From Octopus sinensis (Eukaryota), in NCBI RefSeq assembly GCF_006345805.1, contig NC_043018.1, positions 14,818,001 through 14,882,000 of the forward strand: DNA of 64,000 nucleotides, read 5' to 3'. The notes beneath the pieces were generated by a model. The model searched no databases, was not told the origin of the DNA, and saw only the letters and a program-made list of their open reading frames with translations. The translations under genes were made by a program, and so were the position numbers. Positions 63,811 to 64,000 of the stretch are shown in pieces. Position 1 is the first letter of the stretch. The number at the start of each line of letters is the position of its first letter.

Positions 63811-64000
63811 GTGGAGGCGCAATTGCCCAGTGGTTAGGGAAGCGGACTCGCGGTCGGAGGATTGCGGTTTCGACTCCCAGGCCGGGCGTTGTGTTTGTTT
63901 ATTGAGCGAAAACACCTAAAAAGCTCCACAAGCTCTGGCAGGGGGTGATGGCGACCCCTGTTGTACTCTTTCGCCACAACTTTCTCTCACTCTCTCTTCC
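63811..64000 (+). mobile_element. tRNA-Arg-like SINE (family C), runs off the window
   Basis: gtggaggcgcaattgcccagtggttagggaagcggactcgcggtcggagg...gtttcgactccc. Confidence 0.8.

Noticed and set aside
63811-63885. tRNA gene calls for tRNA-like heads
   Set aside because: They continue into SINE bodies, are diverged and multi-copy, and lack a proper acceptor stem and terminator.

Overview
AT-rich, microsatellite- and SINE-dense eukaryotic DNA; the repeat families suggest an octopus/coleoid cephalopod (inference). The one clear gene is a complete minus-strand delta-1-pyrroline-5-carboxylate synthase (P5CS/ALDH18A1). I reconstructed 14 coding exons by hand (47608->21983, 2361 nt, 786 aa), all with GT-AG introns and compatible phases. 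The rest is mostly tRNA-derived SINEs, RTE and L1/Tx1-like LINE remnants, mariner derivatives, MITEs, a Helitron-like element and a 100-N gap. Most unusual: (1) P5CS intron 11 is almost entirely a 24-bp minisatellite built from the exon-11 splice donor itself (26 extra GTAAGT sites); (2) nine minimal hammerhead-ribozyme-like motifs of the Penelope-associated type, several with a CCGANGA core, including a twin inverted pair and one in the tail of a tRNA-headed SINE; (3) a SINE inserted with a 16-bp TSD into a P5CS splice acceptor. All folds were read by eye and none has been tested.
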